The notes under the pieces are model-generated. The model was not told the origin of the DNA and searched no databases. It saw nothing but the letters and a program-made list of their open reading frames with translations. Made by a program: the position numbers and the translations under genes. Positions 9,071 through 20,875 of a stretch of DNA of 64,000 bases are shown one piece after another. How positions within the stretch are numbered: position 1 is the first letter of the stretch; every line of letters starts with the position of its first letter. The DNA comes from an uncultured Gemmatimonadales bacterium (GTDB lineage: Bacteria; Gemmatimonadota; Gemmatimonadetes; Gemmatimonadales; GWC2-71-9), in assembly GCA_963795085.1 (NCBI GenBank), contig CAWCFX010000001.1, forward strand, positions 384,001-448,000, read 5' to 3'.

Positions 9071-11349
9071 GTCTTCCTGGCGATTTCCTCGGCGATCGCT
9101 TTCAATTCCCGCAGGTTGAACGGCTTCATGACCACCGGCACTCCGTCCTGGGCGAGGGGAGTGGCGCCGTCGGCCGCCAGGATGACCCGGTCCCGGTAGC
9201 GGGGCAGCACCGCCACCAGCGCCCGGAGAAAAAGGACGCCCGGCTCCGCCGCCGCCCGCGCTTCGGCGATCACCAGGTCGTAGTCCCGGGCCGCCGCCAG
9301 CTCGAGGCCCTGGGCGCCGGTCCTCGCCGTTTCCACGTGATAGCCTTCGCTGGCGAAGAGGGCGCTCACCACCCGCTGCACCGAGATGTCGTGGTCCACC
9401 AGCAGCACGGCCCGGGTCCGCGGTGCGCCTTCCGCGCCCTTCCCGCCGCTCTCGACATACACCGGAAGGCCTACCTGGAACAGGGCGCCGCCCAGTTCGC
9501 TGGACGCGTGGCTCAGCCGTCCCCCGTGCGCGTCCACGATCCCGTAGCTGATCGAAAGCCCCAGCCCGGTGCCGTGTCCCGGTTCCTTGGTCGTGAAGAA
9601 GGGCGTAAACAGCTGGGGCACCAGGGCCGGCGGAATTCCGGGGCCGGAATCTTCCACCCTGATCCGGGCCTCCCCGTCCGCCTGGGCCGTTGTGATGACC
9701 AGGGTGCGGGCCCGCTCCGGCGGCAGGTCGGCGATGGCCTGCATGGCGTTGGTGAGGAGATTGAGGACCACCTGCTGCAGTTCGTAAGGATCCGCCTGCA
9801 CCGCGGGCGAGGATGGATCGAGCCGCTGCTCGAAGTTGATGCCCCGGAGCTTGATGTCGTACGCCAGCAGCGCGGCGGTGCGGCCCACCACGTCGTTCAG
9901 TTGAACCCGGACTTTCTCATGACCGCCTTTGCGGGCGAAGGTCAGCAGGTCCCGCACGATCCGGCCGGCCCGTTCCGCCTGTTCGTGGATGACCCTGAGG
10001 TGTTCCCGCTCCCGGGGATCGGACTTGCCCTGTTCGACCAGGAACTCGGAAAGGCCGGCAATCGAGGTGAGGGGGTTATTGAGTTCATGGGCCACGCCCG
10101 ACACCAGTTGGCCCACCGCCGCCAGTTTCTCGTTCTGAATCAACTGCGCTTCCAGCTTCCGCTGGTCGGTGACGTCCTCGATCAGGACCACCACGGCATT
10201 GCGGCCCCCGAGGTCCGGCAGGGGAGCGGCCGTCAGCCGCAGCACCCGGTCGAGCCGCTCCGCGCGGGTGATCAGCGGGGAAGTTCGCCGGCCCGCCCGC
10301 GCTTCCTCCACCAGCTGGCGCGCGGCTTCGGCCTGGCCCACCGCGGTGTCGCCAAAGGGCTGGCCCAGCAACGCCGCGATCGGCGAGCCCAGTAGCCGGC
10401 CCAGGGCGTGGTTGGCCCGGTTGACCGTGCCGTCGGCGCCCACCACCGCGATGCCCTCGGCCAGCGCGTTGAACGTGGTTTCCCATTCTTCCTTGCTCCG
10501 GCGGATCATCTCGAAGAACCGGCTGTTGGCCAGCACCACCGCGGCCTGGGTGGCAACGGTCGAGAGCAGCTGGAAATCCTCCGACGTGAAACTGCTGTCC
10601 CTCCGGTCCGCGACCACCAGCGTACCCAGCGTCACGCCGTGGGCCCTGAGCGGAATCGCGGCGGCGGAGCGGACGGCCACCCCTTCGATGTCCAGCAGCT
10701 GAGTGCCCGCCTCCGCCGACTCCAGCCGCTCCCCCGCGATCGCGCGCATGATGAGCGTGTCGCCGACGTCGGAGATGAGATGCCCCTTCAAATCCTGGAG
10801 CGTCCCCTCCGCCGAAATGACCTTGAGGACGTCGCCGCCCTCTTCCAGGAGCGCCACCAGGGATCCCTCCGCCTGGAGGAACCGCCGCGCATAGCGGGCC
10901 ACCTGGTCCACGATGTGGTCCAGCTGCAGCGACTCCGACAGGACGTAGCTCAACTCCTGCAGGGTGAACAGCTCGTTCAGCCGCCGTTCCAGCTGCACCG
11001 CCATCTCATCCCGCTCCCGCGCCGAGCGCAGGGTCTCCTGCTCGGCCCGGGCCACGGTCAGCCCCAGGGCAACCAGGATTGTGAGGGTGATCGAGGCGAC
11101 CATCGGGGCCAGCGGCGGACGGGCCAGGAACGCGAACAGGGCGAGAACCGCGACCGACGACCGGATGATCGTCATGGTCCAGGCCGGGCGCCAGAGCTGC
11201 AGCAACAGCATGCCCAGCCCGTAGGCCACCAGCAAGGCGCTGGCCCAGCGGGGCAGCCCCTTGAAGGTCAGGGTCAGCGCCCCCGTCACCGCGAATACGG
11301 CGAAGGGCAGCGCCGTGAGCAGCGCGATCAGCCGCCGGAAATCGTTCAG
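9064..11349 (-). CDS. Membrane-bound hybrid sensor histidine kinase (GAF, PAS, HisKA, HATPase, degenerate receiver); start 11289 (GTG) or 11349 (CTG)
   Basis: H box GVAHELNNPL, N box QVVLNLLTNA, G boxes DSGPGI and GTGLGL, C-terminal VLLVD...KPF. Confidence 0.9.
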   Translation of the reverse strand: MNDFRRLIALLTALPFAVFAVTGALTLTFKGLPRWASALLVAYGLGMLLLQLWRPAWTMTIIRSSVAVLALFAFLARPPLAPMVASITLTILVALGLTVARAEQETLRSARERDEMAVQLERRLNELFTLQELSYVLSESLQLDHIVDQVARYARRFLQAEGSLVALLEEGGDVLKVISAEGTLQDLKGHLISDVGDTLIMRAIAGERLESAEAGTQLLDIEGVAVRSAAAIPLRAHGVTLGTLVVADRRDSSFTSEDFQLLSTVATQAAVVLANSRFFEMIRRSKEEWETTFNALAEGIAVVGADGTVNRANHALGRLLGSPIAALLGQPFGDTAVGQAEAARQLVEEARAGRRTSPLITRAERLDRVLRLTAAPLPDLGGRNAVVVLIEDVTDQRKLEAQLIQNEKLAAVGQLVSGVAHELNNPLTSIAGLSEFLVEQGKSDPREREHLRVIHEQAERAGRIVRDLLTFARKGGHEKVRVQLNDVVGRTAALLAYDIKLRGINFEQRLDPSSPAVQADPYELQQVVLNLLTNAMQAIADLPPERARTLVITTAQADGEARIRVEDSGPGIPPALVPQLFTPFFTTKEPGHGTGLGLSISYGIVDAHGGRLSHASSELGGALFQVGLPVYVESGGKGAEGAPRTRAVLLVDHDISVQRVVSALFASEGYHVETARTGAQGLELAAARDYDLVIAEARAAAEPGVLFLRALVAVLPRYRDRVILAADGATPLAQDGVPVVMKPFNLRELKAIAEEIARKTQ

Positions 11350-12182
11350 CTGCCGGACCCTCCCACCCGCTCGGTCACGTAGGCTTCCGGGGGCGCGTTG
11401 GGCTTGACCCGGACCGACTTGGCCGGGATTCCCACGTAGACGTGATAAGGCCGCACGTCCTTGGTCGCGACCGCGACCGCGCCGACCATGCCGTTCCGGC
11501 GGACCCGGACGCCGGCGAGCACGGTGGCATGGTAGGTGATGCGCACATCATCCTCCAGGATGGTCCGCGCGTTGGTCACTTCCTTCTGCTCGACGATGCT
11601 GTGGGTGTGGCTGTAGATGTTGGCGTAATCGGAAATGCTGACCCGGTCGCCGAGCGAGATTCCCCCCCGGTCGTCGAGGAGCACGTGCCGGTGGACTACC
11701 ACGTCGTCGCCCACTTCCATGTTGTAGCCAAAGGAGAACTCGACGTGGTGGAAGCATTTGAAGTTCTTGCCAACCCGGCTGAAGATGTGCTGGGCCAGGA
11801 TGCGGCGGAACCGGACACCGAGATGCACGTTCTGGCCGCCCAGGGGAGAGCGGTCGAACGACATCCAGAGCCAGAGCAGCGGCTTGACCCGGGCGAACTT
11901 CGCCGCGTCCACGTCGCTGTAGTACTCGGCCTCGAGGGTGATGTTCCAGGGGTCGAGGGCGAGCAGCGCGGCCCGCGAGCTGTCTGGAAGGGAAGGACTC
12001 TGCATCAGGCTCTCGTAGTCGCCGGCGCCCGGATGGTAAATCTCGAAGAGAATGTCCCGGGTGATCCGGTACCAGTCCGCCCCCGGCGCGGCCAGCTTCT
12101 CGGCCAGCTGGCCCAGCCAGTCCTCGTAAAAGCGGCCGACCTGCGCGGGTAGCTCGACCTGCTTCAGCGGCAAGAACGCCAT
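11346..12182 (-). CDS. Hexapeptide-repeat (left-handed beta-helix) acyltransferase
   Basis: Hexapeptide repeats; C-terminal VATKDVRPYHVYVGIPAK; GGGAGG RBS. Confidence 0.88.
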   Translation of the reverse strand: MAFLPLKQVELPAQVGRFYEDWLGQLAEKLAAPGADWYRITRDILFEIYHPGAGDYESLMQSPSLPDSSRAALLALDPWNITLEAEYYSDVDAAKFARVKPLLWLWMSFDRSPLGGQNVHLGVRFRRILAQHIFSRVGKNFKCFHHVEFSFGYNMEVGDDVVVHRHVLLDDRGGISLGDRVSISDYANIYSHTHSIVEQKEVTNARTILEDDVRITYHATVLAGVRVRRNGMVGAVAVATKDVRPYHVYVGIPAKSVRVKPNAPPEAYVTERVGGSGS

Positions 12183-12244
12183 GCTGTCTCCCTCCCGGTT
12201 TGACTTGGAACCCACGCTCGGATTAAGATACGTGGAAGATTAAA

Positions 12245-12259
12245 TGAGAACAATTCTCA
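12245..12259. promoter_or_regulatory. Putative Fur-family box (7-1-7 palindrome TGAGAAC-A-ATTCTCA)
   Basis: AT-rich palindrome with one mismatch, just upstream of apbE. Confidence 0.6.
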
Positions 12260-12275
12260 ACTGGTTTCCGAGGTC

Positions 12276-13292
12276 TTGCTGCCGTTGCCGTATCGTAAGT
12301 TAGCCGCCTTCACGGTTCTTGGCGGGGCCCTTCTGGCCCCCGCCGATGCTGTCCGGGTCACCCGTGAGACCTTCCTCATGGGCACCACGCTGACCCTCTC
12401 GGTGACCTCGCCGTCCCGCGATTCCAGCATCCGGGCCATCGATTCCGCCCTGGCCAGAGTTCGCGTCGTGGACGATCTCCTCAACGACTGGCGCGCGGAC
12501 AGCGAGCTGGGGCGCTTCAACCGTGCGGCGCCGGGCCTCCCGGCCTCGATCAGTCCAGGGCTCGCCGGCTATCTCGCCGAGGTCAGTGAATGGACCCAGG
12601 CCTCGGGTGGCGCTATCGACCCGGCGATCGGCGCCCTGATCGACGCCTGGGATCTGCGCGGGCCGGGGCAGGTGCCCCGGGAATCCCTGCTGGCCCAGGC
12701 GCGGGCCGGATCGGGCATGTATCGATTTCAACCTGATTGGGCTCGCCGCACCGCGATGCGGCCCACCGCCGGAAGCTGGATTGATGCGGGAAGCTTCGGC
12801 AAGGGTGCCGCTCTCCGGGCGATGGGGCAGGAGCTGGAACGGCGGGGGGCGCTCCGGGCGGTTCTTAATTTCGGGGGCCAGGTGCTCGCGGTCGGCGATA
12901 CCACGGTCACCATCGAGGTCGCCCACCCGGAACGGCGCTTCGAACCTGCCGCCCGGATCTCCCTGACCCGGGCTTCGGCCTCCACCTCTGGGCAATCGGA
13001 GCGCCTGCGGGTGGTGGACGGGGTTTCGGCTGGACACCTGCTCGATCCGCGCAGCGGGCGCCCGGTGCCTCCCTGGGGCAGCGTCACCGTCATTCATCCC
13101 GATCCAATGACCGCCGACATCCTCTCCACCGCGCTCTTCGTGATGGGACCGGAGGCGGGAATGACCTGGGCAGCCAGCCATGACATCGCCGCCCTGTTCC
13201 TGGTAGCCGGGCCGGCCGGCCCGGATCCGCGCTGGTCTCCATCGTTCATGCCCTACCTGCCAGCACTCCGACCTTCCACCCATGGAGATTGA
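12276..13292 (+). CDS. apbE: FAD:protein FMN transferase
   Basis: LMGT, DSELGRFN, IDAGSFGKG, STSG, HLLDPRSG, ADILSTALFV motifs. Confidence 0.92.
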   Translation: MLPLPYRKLAAFTVLGGALLAPADAVRVTRETFLMGTTLTLSVTSPSRDSSIRAIDSALARVRVVDDLLNDWRADSELGRFNRAAPGLPASISPGLAGYLAEVSEWTQASGGAIDPAIGALIDAWDLRGPGQVPRESLLAQARAGSGMYRFQPDWARRTAMRPTAGSWIDAGSFGKGAALRAMGQELERRGALRAVLNFGGQVLAVGDTTVTIEVAHPERRFEPAARISLTRASASTSGQSERLRVVDGVSAGHLLDPRSGRPVPPWGSVTVIHPDPMTADILSTALFVMGPEAGMTWAASHDIAALFLVAGPAGPDPRWSPSFMPYLPALRPSTHGD

Positions 13293-13293
13293 C

Positions 13294-14559
13294 GTGCGTT
13301 TTTCGGTCGTCCGGCCGGCGCTGGTGGTTGGCGCGCTGGCTCTGGGTACCGGTACCCTGGCCGCCCAGCAGGATTCGGCCCGCCTGGCCCGGCTCGAAAC
13401 CCAATTGGAGGCGGTGACCCGGGAGTTGGAATCGCTGCGGCTGGGGCAGGATCTCGTAGTCGAAGCCGACTCGGCCATCCACGGCTTTGGTCCCGCGGCG
13501 TCCAAGGTGTACCGGGTTCGCCAGGGCGTCTCCATTGGCGGCTATGGCGAAGTCCTGTATGAGAACTTCGCCGGCCGGCGGGAGGATCACGCGCCATCCG
13601 GACGCACTGACCGGATCGACGCGCTTCGAGCCATCGTGTACGTGGGGTACCGGTTCAGCGACAGGTTTCTTTTCAACTCGGAAATCGAGTTCGAGCACGG
13701 CAGCACGGAGGAGGGCGGCTCGGTCTCGCTCGAGTTCGGGTACCTCGACTTCCGGATTTCTCCCCGGTTCGGAATCCGGGCCGGTCTCCTGCTCGCCCCC
13801 ATGGGGTTCATCAATGAGCTGCATGAGCCGCCCGCTTTTCTCGGCGCGCGCCGCCCGGAAACCGAGCGCCATGTCATTCCTTCGACCTGGCGGGAGAACG
13901 GAATCGGCATCTTCGGCGAGGAGGGGCCGCTGGCCTACCGGGCCTACCTGGTCAACGGGTTTGAAGGCAGCGGCTTCACCGCCGGCAGCATTCGAGGCGG
14001 CCGGCAGAATGGCTCCGAAGCGAAGGCCAGGCATTTCGGAGCGGTGGGCCGGCTGGAATACCGGGCGCTTCCGGGGCTGATACTCGCGGGTTCGGCCTAT
14101 CTCGGAAATTCCGGCCAGAGTGATACGATCATGGCCCGCACGATTATCTGGGAAGGCCATGCCGAGTACCGGGCGGGGGGACTGGAAGTGCGGGGACTGG
14201 TGGCGGGGGCCGCGATCCGGGATGTCGCCGCCCTGAACGCCGAGGCTGGACTGGCCGGGGCTTCTTCCATCGGCGAGCGGCTGGGCGGGTGGTACCTGCA
14301 GGCCGGGTATGACGTCCTCCGCTCCCGGCGGACCGCGCACCAGCTCATCCCCTTCGTCCGCTATGAGTGGGTGAATACCCAGGACCGGGTGCCGTCCGGA
14401 TTCGCCAGTGATCCGGCCAACGCCCGCGCCATCACCACGGTGGGATTCGCGTGGAAGCCGCTGCCCAACATCGCACTCAAGACCGATTACCAGGTATTCA
14501 CGAACGAGGCCCGCACCGGGGTCAGTCAGCTCAATGCGGCTCTGGGTTATCTCTTTTAG
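13294..14559 (+). CDS. Outer-membrane porin-like beta-barrel with N-terminal coiled coil
   Basis: Signal peptide; IGGYGE, FNSEIEFEHG, INELHEP motifs; terminal GYLF; GGAG RBS before GTG at 13294. Confidence 0.8.
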   Translation: MRFSVVRPALVVGALALGTGTLAAQQDSARLARLETQLEAVTRELESLRLGQDLVVEADSAIHGFGPAASKVYRVRQGVSIGGYGEVLYENFAGRREDHAPSGRTDRIDALRAIVYVGYRFSDRFLFNSEIEFEHGSTEEGGSVSLEFGYLDFRISPRFGIRAGLLLAPMGFINELHEPPAFLGARRPETERHVIPSTWRENGIGIFGEEGPLAYRAYLVNGFEGSGFTAGSIRGGRQNGSEAKARHFGAVGRLEYRALPGLILAGSAYLGNSGQSDTIMARTIIWEGHAEYRAGGLEVRGLVAGAAIRDVAALNAEAGLAGASSIGERLGGWYLQAGYDVLRSRRTAHQLIPFVRYEWVNTQDRVPSGFASDPANARAITTVGFAWKPLPNIALKTDYQVFTNEARTGVSQLNAALGYLF

Positions 14560-15082
14560 CCTGCTGGCATGTAGCGCCATGCCGCTCCGGGGCCAGGAAC
14601 GCCTGAGCCAGGCGGAAGCCCTGCGGCTGGCTTTTCCGGCGCCGCTCAGGGTGGAGCGGCGAACCGCCTATCTGGAGCCCGGGGCACTGGATTCCGCGCG
14701 TACGCTGGCGGGGGCCGACGTGGAGATAAGCCAGGGTGTCGTCACCTACTATGTCGGCCTGGACGGCGCCACGCCGGTGGCCACCGCGTACTTTGACGGT
14801 CACCTGGTGCGCTCCAAGCACGAGGTCGCCATGATCGTGGTGGACCGGGCCGGGCGGGTCCGGCAGGTCGAGATTCTCCGGTTTGACGAGCCACCGGAGT
14901 ACCGGGCTTCAAGGCGCTGGCTGGACCAGTTCCGGAAGCGGACGCTGAGCCGCGCGCTGTCCCTGAAAGGCGAGATCATGAATCTCACCGGGGCCACGCT
15001 CACCTCCCGGGCCCTGGTGCGGGCGAGCCGGCGGGTCCTGGCGCTCGACGCCGTCATCAACCCGCTGGGCCTTCCCCGGTGA
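14534..15082 (+). CDS. Exported FMN-binding (flavinylated) protein
   Basis: Signal peptide; flavinylation motif LTGATLTS; next to apbE. Confidence 0.85.
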   Translation: MRLWVISFSLLACSAMPLRGQERLSQAEALRLAFPAPLRVERRTAYLEPGALDSARTLAGADVEISQGVVTYYVGLDGATPVATAYFDGHLVRSKHEVAMIVVDRAGRVRQVEILRFDEPPEYRASRRWLDQFRKRTLSRALSLKGEIMNLTGATLTSRALVRASRRVLALDAVINPLGLPR

Positions 15083-15582
15083 CCCGCTTCGAGAAGTGGT
15101 CCCTCTGGGTGAGCAGCCTGCTCGCGACGCTGACGGGGTTGGTGTATCTCGGGATGAAATACCTGCTCCCGGCACCGGAGGGTTTGTCCATCCTGCGGCA
15201 CCCGCTGCAGCCGCTGGTTCTCAAGCTTCACATTCTCACGGCGCCGCTGCTCCTTCTCGCGCTGGGTGCCGTGTCGATCCGGCACGTGTGGCGGCACATG
15301 GCGGCCGGGGAGCGGACCGCCCGGGTGAGCGGCTGGTCGGCCGCACTGACCGCGGCGCCGATGATTTTTACGGGGTACCTGCTGCAGGTGGTCACCTCGG
15401 AAGGCTGGCTCCGCGCGGTGGCCATTGCCCATATCGCGGCCAGCCTGGTGTTCGCGGGGGGACTGCTGGGTCACCAGTTCATGGTGCGGGGGCCGCGGGG
15501 AGGGAAGGCGGGCCTCATTGCCCGGGGCGACCGGCGGCCCCGGGGGCCCCGACGTACCATGGCCCGGCGCGCGCCCAGCTGA
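15079..15582 (+). CDS. Four-TM membrane protein, putative di-haem cytochrome b (DUF4405-like)
   Basis: Four hydrophobic helices with His pairs in helices 2 and 4; GTGA overlap with upstream gene. Confidence 0.6.
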   Translation: MTRFEKWSLWVSSLLATLTGLVYLGMKYLLPAPEGLSILRHPLQPLVLKLHILTAPLLLLALGAVSIRHVWRHMAAGERTARVSGWSAALTAAPMIFTGYLLQVVTSEGWLRAVAIAHIAASLVFAGGLLGHQFMVRGPRGGKAGLIARGDRRPRGPRRTMARRAPS

Positions 15583-15585
15583 ACG

Positions 15586-16236
15586 TCAGGTGCCGGTGGT
15601 ATCCCGGCGGATGCCGCGGCCCATGACCCGGGCCCGCTCCCGCTGGAGCCGGCTCAGCTTGCCTTCCCACGCGTCGGACGACTGGACCCCGTAGGAAATC
15701 GTAAACGGCTCGAACACGGGGATGGTTTCCTCGAACAGGAAGATCCCGCTGGCCTGCTGGCGGACCTCCAACTGCTGGGAGTTGAAGTTGGCCGAGTAGC
15801 GAACGATCCCGATGGGGCGGTAGAGCTGGTTCCGGATCACGACGCTCAGGTTCTGGGGATCGAACCGGGCTCCGGCGCGGCGGCCGAAAAACGTGACAAA
15901 GAGAATGCCGGGCGAGGTGACCCCGTAGCGCCGCCCGATCGTATCAATCTCGGCCGCGCGGGAGGCCAGGATGCCGTGCAGCGAGACGTAGGCGTCCGGG
16001 GCCAGCAGCCGCAGCACCCGTTCGTCCAGCGGAACGATGCGGATCTCCAGGTCATCCTGCCGGAGCGTGATGGCGATGTCATCCTGGTTGAGCGTGCCAT
16101 AGCCGGGCGGGGGAAGGTCGCCCTGGGGATTCCCGGGGACCGAATCCTGTCCCCGGGCGCCGGGCGCGCAGGCCACCAGCGCCAGCCCAACCAGTCCGAG
16201 CCATCGGGAACGTTTCATCGCCGGCCTGCCTTTCAT
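15586..16236 (-). CDS. Hypothetical lipoprotein
   Basis: Leader [17 protein letters not shown]; start overlaps the engB stop (TGATG); ORF-track start 16500 lies inside engB. Confidence 0.7.
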   Translation of the reverse strand: MKGRPAMKRSRWLGLVGLALVACAPGARGQDSVPGNPQGDLPPPGYGTLNQDDIAITLRQDDLEIRIVPLDERVLRLLAPDAYVSLHGILASRAAEIDTIGRRYGVTSPGILFVTFFGRRAGARFDPQNLSVVIRNQLYRPIGIVRYSANFNSQQLEVRQQASGIFLFEETIPVFEPFTISYGVQSSDAWEGKLSRLQRERARVMGRGIRRDTTGT

Positions 16237-16936
16237 CAGTCCACTTTCGCCGCGACCAATGCCGCGACGCTCGCCGCCAGTTCCGCAATTCCCAAGCCGG
16301 TCGCGCTGCTGGTGACCTGGACCTGGTCCTGGTCGAGTCCGAGCATCCGGCTCAGCATCCGGCCCCGGGTGTGCCTCGCGGCATGGGCCAGTTTGTCCCC
16401 CTTGGTGAGCGCCGCGAGGACAGGGTGTCCCCGGCTGGCGAAGTGCTGGGCGATCCGCTCGTCGTCCGGCGTGGGATCGCGGCGGATATCCAGCAGCCAC
16501 ACGATGCCGGCCACGGTGGTCCGTTCCAGGAGGTAGCGGTCCAGGATCTTGAGCACCGCGCTCCGGGTGGGCTTGTCGGCCTTGGCATAGCCGTAACCGG
16601 GCAGGTCCACCAGGTAGAACCCGGGAAGCCGGAAGACGTTCAGCGCCCGGGTCTTGCCGGGCGTGGCACTGACCCGGGCGATCCCCGGGCGGGCCAGCAG
16701 CGCGTTAATCAGGCTGGACTTGCCGACGTTGGAGCGGCCCACGAACGCCACCTCGGGCAGCGGGGGGTCCAGCCGGACGAGGGCATCGGGAAAGGTGCCG
16801 ATGAACTCGACGTCCTCGGACAGCCGGCCCGCCGGGCGGTCGGATCGGGGTGCCGACGCGACGAACCCTCCCGGGCCAGCAGGAGGGTTCGCAGCACCGT
16901 TGCCTTTGGCCGCCTTGCCGCCCGGCCGCCGTGCCG

Positions 16937-16940
<4 letters not shown>
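16236..16940 (-). CDS. engB: Ribosome biogenesis GTPase YihA/YsxC
   Basis: [24 protein letters not shown]; downstream of clpX. Confidence 0.95.
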
Positions 16941-18193
<1,253 letters not shown>

Positions 18194-18280
18194 GAGTGCC
18201 GTCGCCTAAGGGAGAATCGGGGGGGACAGTAGAAAACTGCCCCTCGCTAACTGGGCCGTCAAGGGCTTTGGGGCGGGCCC

Positions 18281-18898
18281 CTATTTGGGGGGCTCCACCA
18301 CCTGGCTGACCTTGGCGATGACGCTGTCGATCAGGCCATAGCCCTGGGCCTCTTCGGCGCTCATGAACCGGTCCCGGTCCATGTCGCGCTCGATGCTCTC
18401 CACCGGCTGGCCGGTGTGCAGGCTGTAGAGCGAATTGATCTTGGCCCGGAGATAGAGAATCTCCCGGGCCTGGATTTCGATGTCCGAGGCGGTGCCCTGG
18501 GCGCCGCCGGAAGGCTGGTGAATCATGATCCGGGCGTGGGGCAGGGCGCTCCGCTTGCCCTTGGTGCCGGCCGCCAGCAGGAAGGAGCCCATGGACGCCG
18601 CCATGCCCATGCAGATGGTGTTCACCGGGGCCCGGAGGAACTGCATGGTGTCGTAGATCGCCATGCCGCTGGAGACGACGCCGCCCGGGGAGTTGATGTA
18701 GAGATAGATGTCCCGGTCCGGGTTGTCGGCGTCCAGGAAGAGGAGCTGCGCGATGATGATGTTCGCGACGTCGTCGTTGATGGGCGAACCGAGGAACACG
18801 ATCCGGTCCATCAGGAGGCGGGAAAAGATGTCGTAGGTCCGCTCGCCCCTGCTGGAACGCTCGATGATATACGGAGGGTACAGATTGCTGGTGATCAC
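18281..18898 (-). CDS. clpP: ATP-dependent Clp protease proteolytic subunit
   Basis: [25 protein letters not shown]. Confidence 0.98.
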   Translation of the reverse strand: MITSNLYPPYIIERSSRGERTYDIFSRLLMDRIVFLGSPINDDVANIIIAQLLFLDADNPDRDIYLYINSPGGVVSSGMAIYDTMQFLRAPVNTICMGMAASMGSFLLAAGTKGKRSALPHARIMIHQPSGGAQGTASDIEIQAREILYLRAKINSLYSLHTGQPVESIERDMDRDRFMSAEEAQGYGLIDSVIAKVSQVVEPPK

Positions 18899-20148
18899 GC
18901 GGTTACCTCTTCGACGGTGGACTGCGCCAGGAGCGCGGTGAAGGCCTTCTCTTCGGTCAGGGCCCGCATCAGTTCGTTCAGGCGGTTGGACTTCTGCAGC
19001 GAGGCGTACAGCTGGCCGGCCGCCACGCCCCGGGCCTCCGCCATGGAACTGATACGCTGGTCCAGTTCAGCCTCGGTGGCCTTGAGGCCATTGGCTTCGA
19101 TGTAGGTGTCCAGTACCAGTTCCCGCTTCACCTGCAGTTCGGCCAGGGGGCGGAATTCTCCCCCAAACGTCTCCAGCTGGGTCTCCGGGATCTCGTAGGC
19201 CTGGGCATAACCCTTGATGACCCGGTCCACCAGGGAAGGCGGTGCCGTGATGTTATTGGCGGCCACCAGCTGCTCGACCAGCTGGTCCCGGACCCGGGCA
19301 TCGGCCTCCCGTTCGGCGTCCCGGCCCAGGTCGGTCCGGAGGGCTGCCCTGAGCGCCTCCAGGCTCTCGAATTCGCCCACCTCCCGGGCGAAGGCGTCAT
19401 CCAGCGCCGGCAGTTCCTGGCTCTTCACCTCGAGGAGCGTGACCCGGACCTTTCGGCTCTGGCCTCTCCGGGATTCATCGGCATGGTCGTCGGGGAACTT
19501 GACCTCTCCTTCGGAGGTTTCGCCCGGCAGCATGGCCATGATCCGCTCCTCCAGGTCGGGGATGGTCTGGCCCTGCCCGATCACCAGCGAATATGGCTGG
19601 GCCGGCCCCGGCTCATCGTCCTGCCAGGTGGCGACCTCCACCTGCACCATGTTTCCAGGGGACGGACGGGCGCCCTCCACCGGGATCCAGCGGGCCTTCT
19701 GTTCCTGCAGCGCCCGGAGCCGTTCGGTGACCTCGCCGTCCGTCACCGGGGGCACGGTACGCTTGAGCGAGAAGCCCCCCGTGCGGGCCAGTGCGAGGGT
19801 CGGTTTCACCTCGACGTGGAGTTCGAACTCCAGGGCGCCGGCCTCGTCGAACTTGAGGTTGTGGATGTGAGGCTGGGCGATCGGCTTGAGGTCGTGGCTG
19901 GACTGGGCCGCCTCCCAGCTCTCCCGGATCACCTCTTCCAGCACGTTCTGCCGGATGGCCTCCTCGAACCGCTTACGAATGACTGCCTCGGGCGCCTTGC
20001 CGGGCCGGAACCCGGGCAACCGGGCCCGCTTGGCGTAATAGCGCACGGCCCGCGCCTCGGCGGCCTTGACCCGGTCCACCGGGACGGTCACCTGCAGCGA
20101 CGCGGAGGCGCCGTCTTCCTTGGTTTTTTGAATCGAGATATCGCTCAT
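18895..20148 (-). CDS. tig: Trigger factor
   Basis: GFRPGKAP ribosome-binding motif, FKBP-like domain, synteny with clpPX. Confidence 0.96.
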   Translation of the reverse strand: MSDISIQKTKEDGASASLQVTVPVDRVKAAEARAVRYYAKRARLPGFRPGKAPEAVIRKRFEEAIRQNVLEEVIRESWEAAQSSHDLKPIAQPHIHNLKFDEAGALEFELHVEVKPTLALARTGGFSLKRTVPPVTDGEVTERLRALQEQKARWIPVEGARPSPGNMVQVEVATWQDDEPGPAQPYSLVIGQGQTIPDLEERIMAMLPGETSEGEVKFPDDHADESRRGQSRKVRVTLLEVKSQELPALDDAFAREVGEFESLEALRAALRTDLGRDAEREADARVRDQLVEQLVAANNITAPPSLVDRVIKGYAQAYEIPETQLETFGGEFRPLAELQVKRELVLDTYIEANGLKATEAELDQRISSMAEARGVAAGQLYASLQKSNRLNELMRALTEEKAFTALLAQSTVEEVTA

Positions 20149-20206
20149 AGCCGGAGAAATGTAGTCAACACCTTGCCTTTTCACCACGATCGCTAAGTTT
20201 CCCGGG

Positions 20207-20578
20207 ATGCCCACAGTCCTGGTGGTGGACGACGAGAACAGCGTCCGGAAGGCGCTGGCAAAAATCCTTGTGCGGGGCGGACTTACGGTGATAGAGGCCG
20301 GGTCGGCCGCGGCCGCGCTGGACCTGGTGGACCAGGGGCCAGCCCCGGATGCCGTCGTGAGCGACGTGCTGATGCCGGGGATGAGCGGATTGGCGTTCTA
20401 TGACGAGCTGATCGGCCGGGACTCCCAGCTGGCCGGACGGGTGATTTTTCTGACCGGAGCGGCGAGGGACCCGGCGATTCACGGGCCGATCGAGGAACGC
20501 GGCGTGCCCCTGATCTCCAAGATTGATGACCTCATGCTGGTGCTCGACGCCGTGAAGCTGGCCCTGCTCAGGCAGTAG
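20207..20578 (+). CDS. Single-domain response regulator
   Basis: VLVVDDE, SDVLMPGMSG, FLTG. Confidence 0.88.
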   Translation: MPTVLVVDDENSVRKALAKILVRGGLTVIEAGSAAAALDLVDQGPAPDAVVSDVLMPGMSGLAFYDELIGRDSQLAGRVIFLTGAARDPAIHGPIEERGVPLISKIDDLMLVLDAVKLALLRQ

Positions 20579-20581
20579 ACG

Positions 20582-20863
20582 TCACTTTTCAATTCCCTCA
20601 ATTCCCTCAATTCCCTCAATTCCCTCAATTCCCTCAATTCCCTCAATTCCCTCAATTCTCTCAGCTCCCTCCACCACGCTTCGAAAATGGGTTGTGTTGT
20701 GGGAGCCGTCGCAGAACGGCTTCTGTTTCGAAGCGCCGCAGCGGCACAGGGCGACGCTCCGGCGGCCGCGTAACTCAATGGGGCGACCCTCGGGATCCAC
20801 CAGTTCAAAGTCACCCTCGATACGAAGGGCGCCGTGGTAATTGACGGTGACGCGACAGGGCAT
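20582..20863 (-). CDS. CDGSH iron-sulfur domain protein with repeat-derived (GIE)7 tail
   Basis: LCRCGASKQKPFCDGSH motif. Confidence 0.9.
   Translation of the reverse strand: MPCRVTVNYHGALRIEGDFELVDPEGRPIELRGRRSVALCRCGASKQKPFCDGSHNTTHFRSVVEGAERIEGIEGIEGIEGIEGIEGIEGIEK
20589..20669. repeat. 9-bp tandem repeat (TCAATTCCC)n, 7 perfect plus 2 degenerate
   Basis: Same unit as 430-512. Confidence 0.95.
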
Positions 20864-20875
20864 GGGATCAATGGT

